Below are positions 9,759 through 19,917 of a DNA stretch of 64,000 bases, piece by piece; position 1 is the first letter of the stretch; each line of letters opens with the position of its first letter. The notes beneath the pieces were generated by a model that saw only the letters and a list, made by a program, of their open reading frames with translations, was not told the origin of the DNA and made no database searches. The translations under genes and the position numbers were made by a program. Source of the DNA: Alphaproteobacteria bacterium. Its GTDB lineage: Bacteria > Pseudomonadota > Alphaproteobacteria > RF32 > CAG-239. The DNA lies in assembly GCA_017465405.1 (NCBI GenBank), contig JAFTWG010000012.1, forward strand, positions 3,692 through 67,691, in the 5' to 3' direction.

Positions 9759-10984
9759 TAGAATTAAAAACCATAACCAGTATTGCAATACGAGCCATAA
9801 AAGCTAACAAAATGCGTTCATCACTGACCAGTTTAGGCATTATTATCGGTGTTGCAGCCGTAATCGTGATGTTAGCAATCGGAAACGGAGCTCAAGTTTC
9901 AATTCAAAAAGATATGAAAAGTATGGGTTCAAATTTAATGATGATTCGTTCAGGTTCTTCTACATCAAGCGGGGCTCGGGGCGGGCGTGGATCTCTTCCG
10001 ACAATGAAAGCCGGAGACGGAGATGCTATACAAGAAAAAATAAGTAAAATCAAATTAGCTGCACCGGTTTTAGAACAAACCAATCAAATTGTTTATGGCA
10101 ATGCTAACTGGGCAACATCTACAACCGGAACCGACAATCGATATTTTCAAATAAAAGAATGGGAACTCGATTATGGGCGTAATTTTTCCGAAAGTGATGT
10201 AAAAAATGCCGCAAAAGTTACTATTTTAGGAAAAACCGTAGTAACCGAACTTTTTGGCGATGTTGATCCTATCGGTAAAACAATTCGCATAAAAGGTATG
10301 CCGTTTACCGTCATCGGCGTCCTAGATAAACGTGGCGAAAACGGTATGGGACACGACCAAGATGACGTTGTTTTTATTCCTATTACTACTGCACAGAAAA
10401 AAATTATCGGAATTACCTTTCCCGATCAAGTAAATATGGTAATGTTGCAAGCTGTTGATAGCGAGGCCACCTATTCATCACAAGAAGAAATTACGCAGCT
10501 TTTAAGACAAAGACACAATTTAGGCGAAAATAAAGATAACGATTTTATCATTATGAATATGACCCAAATGCAAGAAATGATGGAAAGCTCAACCCAAATT
10601 ATGACAATTTTACTCGGCTCAATAGCTTCTATTTCTTTGCTTGTCGGCGGTATCGGAATTATGAACATAATGTTGGTATCAGTAACCGAACGCACCCGAG
10701 AAATCGGTATAAGAATGGCTATCGGAGCAAAAGCTTGGGATATCCGATGGCAGTTTTTAATGGAATCCATCGTATTGTCATTAATCGGTGGTTTAGCAGG
10801 AATCATAACCGGGTTGTTGGGTGTTCAGATTATGAAAACAATCACAACCTTTACCCTTATAATTGACTGGGCTTATGTTATAATTCCCTTTGTATTTTCA
10901 GGTATTGTCGGTGTGCTGTTCGGATTTTATCCGGCATATAAAGCTTCTCTCCTAAATCCGATTAATGCCTTAAGATATGAATAA
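9755..10984 (+). CDS. ABC transporter permease, FtsX/MacB-like, with large periplasmic domain
   Basis: 409 aa with an N-terminal TM, a periplasmic MacB_PCD-like region, and three C-terminal TMs with an FtsX-like signature. Confidence 0.8.
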   Translation: MIELKTITSIAIRAIKANKMRSSLTSLGIIIGVAAVIVMLAIGNGAQVSIQKDMKSMGSNLMMIRSGSSTSSGARGGRGSLPTMKAGDGDAIQEKISKIKLAAPVLEQTNQIVYGNANWATSTTGTDNRYFQIKEWELDYGRNFSESDVKNAAKVTILGKTVVTELFGDVDPIGKTIRIKGMPFTVIGVLDKRGENGMGHDQDDVVFIPITTAQKKIIGITFPDQVNMVMLQAVDSEATYSSQEEITQLLRQRHNLGENKDNDFIIMNMTQMQEMMESSTQIMTILLGSIASISLLVGGIGIMNIMLVSVTERTREIGIRMAIGAKAWDIRWQFLMESIVLSLIGGLAGIITGLLGVQIMKTITTFTLIIDWAYVIIPFVFSGIVGVLFGFYPAYKASLLNPINALRYE

Positions 10985-11011
10985 GTAATAATTACAAGCT
11001 CTCATAAAGCA

Positions 11012-11046
11012 CAAAAAAAGAGTCCGGCAGTGCCGGACTCTTTCAA
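11012..11046. terminator. bidirectional terminator after the macAB-like operon
   Basis: AAAAAAAG GAGTCCGGC agt GCCGGACTC TTTC. Confidence 0.8.
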
Positions 11047-11062
11047 AATATCTCTTGCGAGT

Positions 11063-11836
11063 TTAGTAGTTACGAGCTTTCTTATGGAAGACACCCTTAA
11101 CGTAGAATGTCAAGCCAACGAAAAATCTTTGGTCTTTGGAGTTTTTAATAGTCTCTCCATTGACTTTGAACTCGTGCTTTACGTCATATGTGTGAGCAGA
11201 AGCCTCAATACCCCATCTAACGGCCCCCATAAACTGACGGTGTTCATAACCGATTTTAAGTCCATAGGCCAAACCCATCGAAGTAGGTACTGAAGTTCCA
11301 TTGACGATAATGTGGTCATCTTCGTAGTTAAACTGCGAATCATTACGAGCTTCCTGCAAACCAACTTTAGCTCCAACGTAGAACTTATTAGTCTGTAATC
11401 CATTCTTACCCCACTTTGCTACTGCAATGCTAGGCTCAAAGAATGCATTAAAAGCTCCATAACGTTTGCCGGAAGCATCTGAAATCTGAGAGTAACCTGC
11501 GGTTACATCCCAGTCCATCAACTTGCCACTATATCCGAACACAACACCGAAGTTGTATCCGATAATAGATCCGGCTCCTTGACCGCAATCAAAGCCGCCA
11601 CCAACTTTACCGCCTAATGAGAAACCTTCTATGGTTTCTGCTTTCCAGACAATTGAGCTATCGGGAAGAATCATAACTAGCTCGTCATGTCTCATACCTC
11701 CAAGCTCTTCTATATATTCGAGTTTATAACTTTGGATATCGTTAGCTTTTGCAATCTGCTTTACCTCTTGGGCATTTGCAGCGAAAGCTGACACTACCAT
11801 TAATACACTCACGAAAATATTTCTTATATTTGCCAT
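11063..11836 (-). CDS. outer-membrane beta-barrel protein (OmpA-N/Opa-like 8-strand barrel family)
   Basis: Signal peptide MANIRNIFVSVLMVVSAFAANA|QE. Alternating amphipathic beta strands rich in G/Y/F. Confidence 0.55.
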   Translation of the reverse strand: MANIRNIFVSVLMVVSAFAANAQEVKQIAKANDIQSYKLEYIEELGGMRHDELVMILPDSSIVWKAETIEGFSLGGKVGGGFDCGQGAGSIIGYNFGVVFGYSGKLMDWDVTAGYSQISDASGKRYGAFNAFFEPSIAVAKWGKNGLQTNKFYVGAKVGLQEARNDSQFNYEDDHIIVNGTSVPTSMGLAYGLKIGYEHRQFMGAVRWGIEASAHTYDVKHEFKVNGETIKNSKDQRFFVGLTFYVKGVFHKKARNY

Positions 11837-11984
11837 TTTTGTAAGAATTTAAGTTATAAAAAATCTCCGCCGAGGTGCTTGTTGCACCTCGTGGGGAGAA
11901 TAGTTATTTTAAGATTAAACCTACTCCGGTCTTGCCGTTTCGGATAATAAGAGAGTACTTCCTAATGAACATAATGACAAAACA

Positions 11985-14219
11985 TTAACGCAGGCTCAAG
12001 CTTGAATCTGCAGTTGTCTTACCATTGTTCACAGCATACTTGATAGTAATGGTATTACCCTCAATCTTGTATGACTGTGCCTTAGGAGTAGGAGTAACGT
12101 CAACACCGATACCGAGAGAAATCGCATTGTTCTCCATTACGGTGTGATCCCAGCTAGCATTAGTACCTGCGTAGATCCAACGACCATTGCTGGTGATGAT
12201 CTTTGCAGGAGCCCACTTGCTACCGGTCCAAACACCGCTGTAAGAAGCGTTCTTTGCACACTTGCTTACACCGTTAGCTGATGCTACTGTCTGGTCGAAA
12301 GCATAGACAAGACTCATATCTACCTTACCGTTAGGAGCCATAACGACACCATTCTCGTAAGTAAACACGATCATATCCATGAAACGATCGCCAGTGTTCT
12401 TCTGTACGCGAGTGTACTTCGCTGATACAGGAGCACCCAGCCAATGAGGAGTTTCACGCTCTTCATCGTCAGAACCGCTTTCAATTTTTACCCACAACTC
12501 TGCAGGAGCCTCAGCAGATGCGTTGCGACCATTGAAGGTTGCAGACATCGTGTGAATATAGCTCTTGCGATTGTACTGGTTACCACCATCCTGAATCTTC
12601 GACATGTCAGACATGTTAAATCCGTTATCTGACACATTCTCATACTCCTTGTAGAGCATGTTGTGCTTCATAGGATTGTAAACAGCCTTCTCATAGCGAA
12701 GCGTAAAGCCTCTGTTGAACTTATTGTTGCCAACAGTGTAGTTACGCTCAAATGTCTGAATAGTGAAGTCACCAGTAGTATGGGTGTTAACCAAAGTCTC
12801 GTTGCCGAGTGAAGCGCCGTTCTGTGTCAGCTCAAAGTTGTCAACAATGCGAGTGATTGAAGCCGGAGCATCAATTGCATTCACAAGGTTAACAGACTTT
12901 GTATACTTCTTCTCACCAGATACACTCCAGATTTCAGTAATCTCGATCCATGTCTTTGAAGTGCTTTCATTGATATAGTCGATACCCTCATCTGTAATTG
13001 TTTTTGAGAGAAGCTCATCCTGCTCAGCAGTAACGCGGATTTCAGTTTCTGCAGCTGCATTTACGTTACGACCGTTGAAAGTCGCTGAAATGCTATGAGT
13101 ATTTAACATACGATCGTACTCGTAAGTTGAGCTCATATCAGTCATAGTGAAACCGTTATCTGCAATACCTTCAAAACATGCCTTAGGCATATCGAAAGTA
13201 TTATTACCATCTGACCAAACAGCAGTCTCGTGAGAAAGAACAAAAGTCTTTGTGAAGACATCGTTACCTACTACGAAATTCTGCACGTGCTGGCTGATGG
13301 TAAAGTTACCCTCAGTGCGAGTACCTGCCTTTGTCTCATCGCTCAAGCTAGAATTGATCTGATTAAGATCGAAGCTAGGAAGAACTTTGATATCGTATGC
13401 AGGAGAGTTAGCAGAGAAGTTAAGAATAACCTCGTACTTGCTAGTAACAGCACCGCTTACAGCGTATGTGCGTGTTACTTCAATCCAAGACTTAGCTGTT
13501 CCGGTACCATTCTCGAAAGAAATGATATCAAAACCCTCATTAGTCTTTGTGATTGAAATAAGCTCATCCGCAGCATTAGTTGCAAGTGTCATATAACCAA
13601 GCTCATTGCTCTTGTTACCCATGAAAGAAACTTCGTAAGTAGTAGTAGCAAGAGTATAGTTATAGTTCTTATCTGCACCATTGTCAGCAGTTGCCACATT
13701 GTTGTAAGCAACATTTCCATTAGCTGCAGGGAAATCACAACGCACTCCCCATACATAAGTATAAGCGTCCAAGTAGCTGATAGAACCAGTCTTGGTATAC
13801 TTATCGTATGCATCAACGAACTCACGAACTGATTTTGTGTAATAAACACCGCTCTCGTCGTAGTTTGTTGTCTTAGGAGCTGAGATTGTGAAATCTCTGT
13901 GCTCAACAGAGTTGTTTGCCACATAGATAGTGTCGTTCTTTGAAACCTCAAAACGAACACCACCGAGAGGAACTACCACTGTTGTGTCCTTTACGAAAGT
14001 ACCATCCTCGAACATTTCTGCTTTGATTGTACCGTTCTCACCATCGCGGGTGATAGTGGTTTTAATCTCGGTGTCAGTACCAGGTACTACCACGCCTCCA
14101 TTACCTTTTACGGTGTACTCGATTTCCTCCATGGTGTCATCACATGAAGTGAACGATACCATACTTACCATTGCCATGATAACAATGATTAAATTTCTAA
14201 AGATGTTTGCCTTTGCCAT
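11985..14219 (-). CDS. large surface lipoprotein (744 aa) with two internal ~180-aa repeats
   Basis: Lipobox ...VSFTSC followed by the acidic stretch DDTMEEIE, a Bacteroidetes-type lipoprotein export signal. Repeats end ...SATFNGRNVNAAAE and ...SATFNGRNASAEAP. By eye the gene has higher G+C and codon bias than its flanks. Confidence 0.65.
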   Translation of the reverse strand: MAKANIFRNLIIVIMAMVSMVSFTSCDDTMEEIEYTVKGNGGVVVPGTDTEIKTTITRDGENGTIKAEMFEDGTFVKDTTVVVPLGGVRFEVSKNDTIYVANNSVEHRDFTISAPKTTNYDESGVYYTKSVREFVDAYDKYTKTGSISYLDAYTYVWGVRCDFPAANGNVAYNNVATADNGADKNYNYTLATTTYEVSFMGNKSNELGYMTLATNAADELISITKTNEGFDIISFENGTGTAKSWIEVTRTYAVSGAVTSKYEVILNFSANSPAYDIKVLPSFDLNQINSSLSDETKAGTRTEGNFTISQHVQNFVVGNDVFTKTFVLSHETAVWSDGNNTFDMPKACFEGIADNGFTMTDMSSTYEYDRMLNTHSISATFNGRNVNAAAETEIRVTAEQDELLSKTITDEGIDYINESTSKTWIEITEIWSVSGEKKYTKSVNLVNAIDAPASITRIVDNFELTQNGASLGNETLVNTHTTGDFTIQTFERNYTVGNNKFNRGFTLRYEKAVYNPMKHNMLYKEYENVSDNGFNMSDMSKIQDGGNQYNRKSYIHTMSATFNGRNASAEAPAELWVKIESGSDDEERETPHWLGAPVSAKYTRVQKNTGDRFMDMIVFTYENGVVMAPNGKVDMSLVYAFDQTVASANGVSKCAKNASYSGVWTGSKWAPAKIITSNGRWIYAGTNASWDHTVMENNAISLGIGVDVTPTPKAQSYKIEGNTITIKYAVNNGKTTADSSLSLR

Positions 14220-14544
14220 AATTGTTATTGTTTTAAATTTATAATTCAGTGAAAAGCAATCCCTTACTCTTTAAAAAAACTATTTATAACTCTTTCATTA
14301 ATACAAAAAATGAAAAAGATTTTTCTAAAAATTAAGTCTCTAATTGAATAGAATAATTGCTTGTATTGTTAAAATAGCACATTTATTTTTTAATAGCAAC
14401 ATTTTTTTGCGAAAATTTACAAAAAAAATCATATAAAAATTAACTTTTTTATCCCCTAGTCTTTACGGGCTTTAATTTTCAAGGTTTTGGATATTTTTTA
14501 TTGTTTTTGTCTAAAAATTTTCAAATGGTTAAAATTTATGTTCA

Positions 14545-15183
14545 CTATAAAGCGTATTGTTTTTCGGCAGAAACCGTAAGTAATTCAAAATCTTCCAAAA
14601 ACCACTCCATTTCTTCATCGGCAATTTTTATCATTTCGTAAAATTTATTACGATATGACAATATCAGCGAACTTTCTCCTATTTTTATATCGGTAATTTT
14701 TATAGCATCTTTTACTTTGTGCATTCTAAACTCAACAACAAACTGCATCGGCTCCCCATGCTGATTTTGCTGATATTTTATATTTGCAGTTACAAAGACA
14801 TCTTTTTTTTCGCTTCGGCTTCCGGTTATGTCAAAGCTCAAGCGGTTTTCAAAAGTAAGAGGAAATCCTTTATAAACATTTATCGAATATCGTTTGAATA
14901 GCCCCATATATTGCGTACGTTGTTCCGGTGTCATTTGACGCCAATATTTACCGACTACGAATTTGCCGATATAGTCCAAATCAACATAATTTATAAACAT
15001 ATTATCAAGTTTTTGATATTTGGTCTCAATATCTTTTTCGGCAAAGAAAGACAACAAATTATTACCCTGTTCCAAAGCAAATTTTTCCGCTTCTTGCAAC
15101 GATAAGTCAGCAGACTTTACAGGTTGAGCAAATAACAATATTCCACAAAAAAGAATAAAATATAAAAAATAGTTACTTTTCAT
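14545..15183 (-). CDS. mlaC: MlaC/Ttg2D-family periplasmic phospholipid-binding protein
   Basis: Signal peptide, then the family motif DLDYIGKFVVGKYWRQMTPEQRTQY. Confidence 0.7.
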   Translation of the reverse strand: MKSNYFLYFILFCGILLFAQPVKSADLSLQEAEKFALEQGNNLLSFFAEKDIETKYQKLDNMFINYVDLDYIGKFVVGKYWRQMTPEQRTQYMGLFKRYSINVYKGFPLTFENRLSFDITGSRSEKKDVFVTANIKYQQNQHGEPMQFVVEFRMHKVKDAIKITDIKIGESSLILSYRNKFYEMIKIADEEMEWFLEDFELLTVSAEKQYAL

Positions 15184-15230
15184 AAAGAATTACCTTATAT
15201 ATTAATGTTATAGGACTAATCATAACATGA

Positions 15231-16271
15231 ATGGTAAAAAAAATGAAACTAAAATTGTGGTTATGCTGTTTTTTATTAACATTTTATAGCGGAACAGCTT
15301 TTGCATCAGCATCATCAGATGCCGGCTTATATTACATAAACAACAGAGGCGTTGTTCGTTGCGGAACCCCAAGCGACAACAAAATTTTTGCCTATAAAGA
15401 TGACGAAGGAAAATGGCAAGGTATTAGCCCGGAAATATGCCGCATTATCTCTACGGCAATTTTTGGACGCAGCGACAGAATTAAGATGGTTTTCGTTCCG
15501 GAAACCATGGTTTCAAAAGCTTTAAGCACCAACAAGATAGATGTTATGATTGGCGGAATGCCCTATTCTGCAACAAACGAATCATCAACCAAAGCTGCTC
15601 CCGTTGCCCCCATTTATTATGACCGTATGGTATTTTTAGCCAGAGATGCAGCTAAAGCAAAATCAATGAAAGATTTCCAAGGAGAGAAAGTTTGTATAGT
15701 TGATGATGTTGATGACTTAAGTCGTCTTAATGCTTTTAATGACAAACATCAGCTCAACTTCAAAATTATGAACTACAAACTATCAAGTCAAGCCAGAGAG
15801 TCGTTCTTATTAAAACGTTGTCGTTTATTTGCCGGTAATGCGATGTTGTTACAAGATATGCTTATCAACACTCCCAGTGGAATGAGCGGTGTTGAAATGC
15901 TACCGGAAACTATTGATACCCGCCCGTTTTATTTGTATACCGACAAAGCCAATACTACATTACGCAGTGCACTAAAATGGATTATCAATGCTACCAAATT
16001 GGCTGAAGAAGTCGGATTAACTCAAGAAAATTATACGATGAATCTGACAACAAAAGATCCGTCTATGCGAAACCTTTTGGGAATCGATGAAAAATTATGG
16101 AGTCGTTTCAAATTAGAACCGACTTGGGTTCAAACCTTATTAAAAGAACGTGGACACTACGGAGATATTTTTGAAAATACATTAGGCTCAAAGTCTCGCT
16201 TCAATCTAAAAAGGGGAAAAAACCATTTACTTAAAAATGGTGGTTTAATGTTCCACGAACAATTTTTATAG
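15231..16271 (+). CDS. periplasmic solute-binding protein, family 3-like
   Basis: Signal peptide plus a two-lobed SBP_bac_3-like sequence. No ABC partner genes adjacent. Confidence 0.45.
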   Translation: MVKKMKLKLWLCCFLLTFYSGTAFASASSDAGLYYINNRGVVRCGTPSDNKIFAYKDDEGKWQGISPEICRIISTAIFGRSDRIKMVFVPETMVSKALSTNKIDVMIGGMPYSATNESSTKAAPVAPIYYDRMVFLARDAAKAKSMKDFQGEKVCIVDDVDDLSRLNAFNDKHQLNFKIMNYKLSSQARESFLLKRCRLFAGNAMLLQDMLINTPSGMSGVEMLPETIDTRPFYLYTDKANTTLRSALKWIINATKLAEEVGLTQENYTMNLTTKDPSMRNLLGIDEKLWSRFKLEPTWVQTLLKERGHYGDIFENTLGSKSRFNLKRGKNHLLKNGGLMFHEQFL

Positions 16272-16280
16272 GATAAAAAT

Positions 16281-18161
16281 ATGCAGCCCTCAATATCTGT
16301 TATTATTCCGGTATATAATGCCGCTGAATATTTACCTCGTTGTATCAATAGCATTTTAGAACAAAATTATGCCGGTATTGAAATTATATGTATTAATGAC
16401 GGTTCCACCGATGAATCGCTCAAAGTTTTAGAAAGATATGGCGATAAAATAAAAATAATTAATCAAGAAAACAAAGGTGCTGCAGCTGCACGTAATGCCG
16501 GAATAAAAACAGCTTCAAAAGATTATATCACTTTTATTGATGCCGATGACTATATTGATAAAGGACTATTTCAGCATTTTGCCGATTCTGTCGGAGAAAA
16601 TGATATTGATATATTTATGTATAATGGCAAAATTATTACCTCTCAACAAGAAAAAACGCATTTTTTCTTTAATGAAAGTATGTTCAAACCAAATGTGACG
16701 GAACAGAGTGTAATTGACCATTACAGTATTGCTAACTACTTTTACGGAAACCAGTCTGTTTGCAACAAAATATATCGCCGTGCATTTCTACAAGAACACA
16801 ATATCTTATTAAATGAAGGTACGATTTTCGAAGATACTCCTTTTTATTTCAAAAGCTTAATACATGCAAAAAAAATCAAATTTACTCTCAAACCTTATTA
16901 TAACTACTTGTCTGACAATGTTTTATCCGTTACCAAGACCGTAGGAGATAATGCTTTCGGGCTATTTGATACATTTCTTGCAATGGAGAATGATGTTCAA
17001 GAGTTAAAATTATGGGATTTCTTCTGTTATGCACTGTTTCAGCTTGAATATGAAAAACTCATCTCGGTAATGAGCGAAATGAAAGAAGAAAAACGAGCCG
17101 AGTTTTTTGCTAAATCTAAAGAATTTATTATTGAACGAGTACAAAAATTAAAACCGGAAATATATTGCAGACTTATCAATATAAATTATTGCCAAGCACT
17201 GATAAACTATACATTTGAACAATTCAGAGATACATTATTGCTTTCAAAATCCGAATATAATTTCCAAAATACAACCTTTGAGAAACCTTTGTTTTCAATT
17301 ATTGTTCCGGTTTATAATACCAGACGATTTTTGCCGTTATGTTTAAAAAGTTTAATCAACCAAACTTATGGCAATTTTGAAATTGTATGTGTTAATGACG
17401 GTTCTCCCGATAATAGCGGTGAATTTTTGCAGGATATTGCACAAAAAGATACTCGTATCAAAGTTATCACTCAAAACAATAAAGGACTTGGAGGAGCTCG
17501 CAATACCGGAATCAGAAATGCGACAGGAGAATATATATTATTTTTGGATAGTGATGATTGGTTGGCACTGGACACATTACAAAAAATATCCGAAACCATA
17601 AAAGAAAAACCCACAGATGTCGGAATTTTCGGTTTTAATGAGTTTATAGATGATAATATGCACTTGTTACCGACAAATTATATCAATCAATTTGATAAGT
17701 TTGATGTATGTAAATGTACGGATATAAAACCGCTGATGTATTTATTTCAATGTGTTTGGAATAAATATTACAAAAGAGAATTTTTGATAAACAATCGTTT
17801 GTTCTTTGCAGAAAACGTCGTATTTGAAGATGTTATTATACACACCAAAGCTATGATTTTAGCAGACAGTATAACATTTTGCCGTAATAATTTTTATTAT
17901 TATCGTATTCGTCAGGACAGCATTATAAAATCTCAATATTCTCATAAAAAAATTGATGATTTGGTATATGCCTTTGCAAGTACGATTCGTTGGTTGAAGA
18001 AAGACGGTTTCTATAATGAATATAAAGACGTATTATTTGCTTTTGCAAACAACATATTGGGAGTTCATCAACAACGTGCAGGACAAACTTTCGGTAAAAT
18101 ATTGGTAGAACGAGTTAAAGAATGTTCTGAACTGCGAGAATTGTTAGGAATTAGCAAGTAA
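16281..18161 (+). CDS. bifunctional glycosyltransferase with two tandem GT2 (GT-A) domains
   Basis: Two copies of the GT2 N-terminal motif: SVIIPVYNAAEYLPRCINSILEQNY...INDGSTDES and SIIVPVYNTRRFLPLCLKSLINQTY...VNDGSPDNS. Each has a DxD (DADD, DSDD). Confidence 0.85.
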   Translation: MQPSISVIIPVYNAAEYLPRCINSILEQNYAGIEIICINDGSTDESLKVLERYGDKIKIINQENKGAAAARNAGIKTASKDYITFIDADDYIDKGLFQHFADSVGENDIDIFMYNGKIITSQQEKTHFFFNESMFKPNVTEQSVIDHYSIANYFYGNQSVCNKIYRRAFLQEHNILLNEGTIFEDTPFYFKSLIHAKKIKFTLKPYYNYLSDNVLSVTKTVGDNAFGLFDTFLAMENDVQELKLWDFFCYALFQLEYEKLISVMSEMKEEKRAEFFAKSKEFIIERVQKLKPEIYCRLININYCQALINYTFEQFRDTLLLSKSEYNFQNTTFEKPLFSIIVPVYNTRRFLPLCLKSLINQTYGNFEIVCVNDGSPDNSGEFLQDIAQKDTRIKVITQNNKGLGGARNTGIRNATGEYILFLDSDDWLALDTLQKISETIKEKPTDVGIFGFNEFIDDNMHLLPTNYINQFDKFDVCKCTDIKPLMYLFQCVWNKYYKREFLINNRLFFAENVVFEDVIIHTKAMILADSITFCRNNFYYYRIRQDSIIKSQYSHKKIDDLVYAFASTIRWLKKDGFYNEYKDVLFAFANNILGVHQQRAGQTFGKILVERVKECSELRELLGISK

Positions 18162-18164
18162 AAC

Positions 18165-18198
18165 AAAAAAAGAGTTGTTATAAGACAACTCTTTTTTA
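18165..18198 (+). terminator. rho-independent terminator after the GT2 gene
   Basis: AGAGTTGT-tataag-ACAACTCT followed by TTTTTATTTT. Confidence 0.75.
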
Positions 18199-18324
18199 TT
18201 TTATGTCTTGACATTTCAGTCAAAAAGTACGAAGTTCTTTTTCGAAATCGTCAATGAGGGGGATTTCGATGTGGATTTAACCTAACTTGTCCCGCAACAG
18301 AGGACTAAACAAGGAGAATTAATT

Positions 18325-19332
18325 ATGCAAAAAACTGCTGAAGCGGTGTCTCTCGGACATCCTGATAAAATTTCCGATTATATTTCAAGTTACATTTTAG
18401 ACCGTATGATTGAACAAGATTCTACGGTTAAATATGCTGTTGAAGTTATGATAAAAGATAATAATGTTGTTTTGGGTGGAGAAATTAAAGGAAATGTTTC
18501 TCTCAAAAAAATAAAAGAATACATTTTATCTGCTTTAGCTGAAATCGGCTATTCTGAAGACTATGCAAAAATTTGGGGCAATTTCGCTATTGAACCATCA
18601 AAAATTAATGTTATCAATATGATAGGTCAACAATCTGCTGATATTAACCAAGGTGTCGAACAACAAGACGGTTGGGGTGACCAAGGAGTATTTGTAGGCT
18701 ATGCTTGCAAAGGCGAAGGTCTGGTGAACAGAGAATTATTTTTGGCCAGAAAGCTCAATAATGCACTATATGAAAAAGCTCGCCAATCCGACAATTTGGG
18801 ACTTGATATAAAAACACAAATTACCCTAAATGATGAAAAAATCGAAACTGCCATTGTTGCAATTCCAATGCTTAAAGATGAAGATTTAACCGATTTTATT
18901 ATCGAAACTTTAGGAGAAACTCCTAAAAACATCATCATAAACGGTACCGGACGCTACACTTATCATGCGTCTATAGCCGATTGCGGAATTACCGGTCGTA
19001 AATTAGCTTGTGATTTTTATTCTACCGCCTGCCCTATCGGTGGCGGAAGTCCTTGGACCAAAGACGGTTCAAAAGCCGATTTAACCCTAAATGTCTATGC
19101 TCGACAATTAGCAATAGAAAATTTGCAAGATAATGACGAATGTTTTGTTTACTTGTCATCTTGCATCGGCAAATCAGAACTTCCCAGCGGTTTGATAAAA
19201 ACTATTAAAAATGGTAAAGAAGAAAATAAAACTTTTTGGTGTAATCAAAAGCCGAACGATTTAGTAAAATTTTTAGGACTTGATAAACCGATATACGCAA
19301 AATTATGCCGAAATGGTCTTATAGGACTATAA
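18325..19332 (+). CDS. metK: S-adenosylmethionine synthetase (MetK) family protein, unusually short and divergent (335 aa)
   Basis: GHPDKISD, SADINQGV, GWGDQGVFVGYA, CGITGRK and GGGSPWTKDGSK align with the E. coli MetK motifs GHPDKIAD, SPDINQGV, GAGDQGLMFGYA, CGLTGRK and GGGAFSGKDPSK. About 50 aa shorter than canonical MetK. Strong RBS AAGGAG. Confidence 0.7.
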   Translation: MQKTAEAVSLGHPDKISDYISSYILDRMIEQDSTVKYAVEVMIKDNNVVLGGEIKGNVSLKKIKEYILSALAEIGYSEDYAKIWGNFAIEPSKINVINMIGQQSADINQGVEQQDGWGDQGVFVGYACKGEGLVNRELFLARKLNNALYEKARQSDNLGLDIKTQITLNDEKIETAIVAIPMLKDEDLTDFIIETLGETPKNIIINGTGRYTYHASIADCGITGRKLACDFYSTACPIGGGSPWTKDGSKADLTLNVYARQLAIENLQDNDECFVYLSSCIGKSELPSGLIKTIKNGKEENKTFWCNQKPNDLVKFLGLDKPIYAKLCRNGLIGL

Positions 19333-19344
19333 AAATAACATTTT

Positions 19345-19377
19345 TTAAGAAGCCGTCCGTAATAGACGGCTTTTTTC
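19345..19377 (+). terminator. rho-independent terminator after the metK-like gene
   Basis: AGCCGTC-cgtaata-GACGGCT followed by TTTTTTC. Confidence 0.8.
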
Positions 19378-19428
19378 TTGCATAAAAATTAATTATAATA
19401 TAAAATAGACAAAAATGAGGAACAAAAT

Positions 19429-19917
19429 ATGACCAATGAAGCATTTTTCAATACACTGAACAAAGTATCAAACCAAGAATTTGAAGATACACATTCTTTC
19501 AAAATGGCTTGTCGCAGTGTGGAAGAAGCTGCTTTGCATGATCCCAGACTGTCCGAAGAAGTTTTAACTGCTTTTGACGACCTTATGACCAAAGGAAATA
19601 TACCTCAAGATGTTTCTAATGAAATATGCTATTCATTCTCTGAGATGGCGCATTTTCAGCCGGAAATGAAAAAACAAATTTCCGGAATAGCAAAAAAACA
19701 CAGTTCAAAAATCACAGAATATTTGGATAATTATAGCACCCCTTACTCTGACGAACTTAAAGATATGGTCAAAGTTCAAGAAAAAATCAATGAATTGCGA
19801 AAAAATAAAGGAATTGAAAAAACTTCTTCCCAATCACAACAAAATCAAACAAATAACTTATCTGATAATCAAGCTTTCGCTTCGTTTATAATGGACAGAT
19901 TTACTAACGTTAAATAG
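19429..19917 (+). CDS. hypothetical protein, 162 aa
   Basis: Clean ORF with a plausible RBS. No motif recognised. Gln/Asn-rich C-terminus. Confidence 0.5.
   Translation: MTNEAFFNTLNKVSNQEFEDTHSFKMACRSVEEAALHDPRLSEEVLTAFDDLMTKGNIPQDVSNEICYSFSEMAHFQPEMKKQISGIAKKHSSKITEYLDNYSTPYSDELKDMVKVQEKINELRKNKGIEKTSSQSQQNQTNNLSDNQAFASFIMDRFTNVK

Noticed and set aside
12444-14244. Several 60-124-aa plus-strand ORFs within 12.4-14.2 kb
   Set aside because: They are shadow ORFs opposite the 744-aa lipoprotein gene, whose open frame is continuous and has a signal peptide and lipobox.
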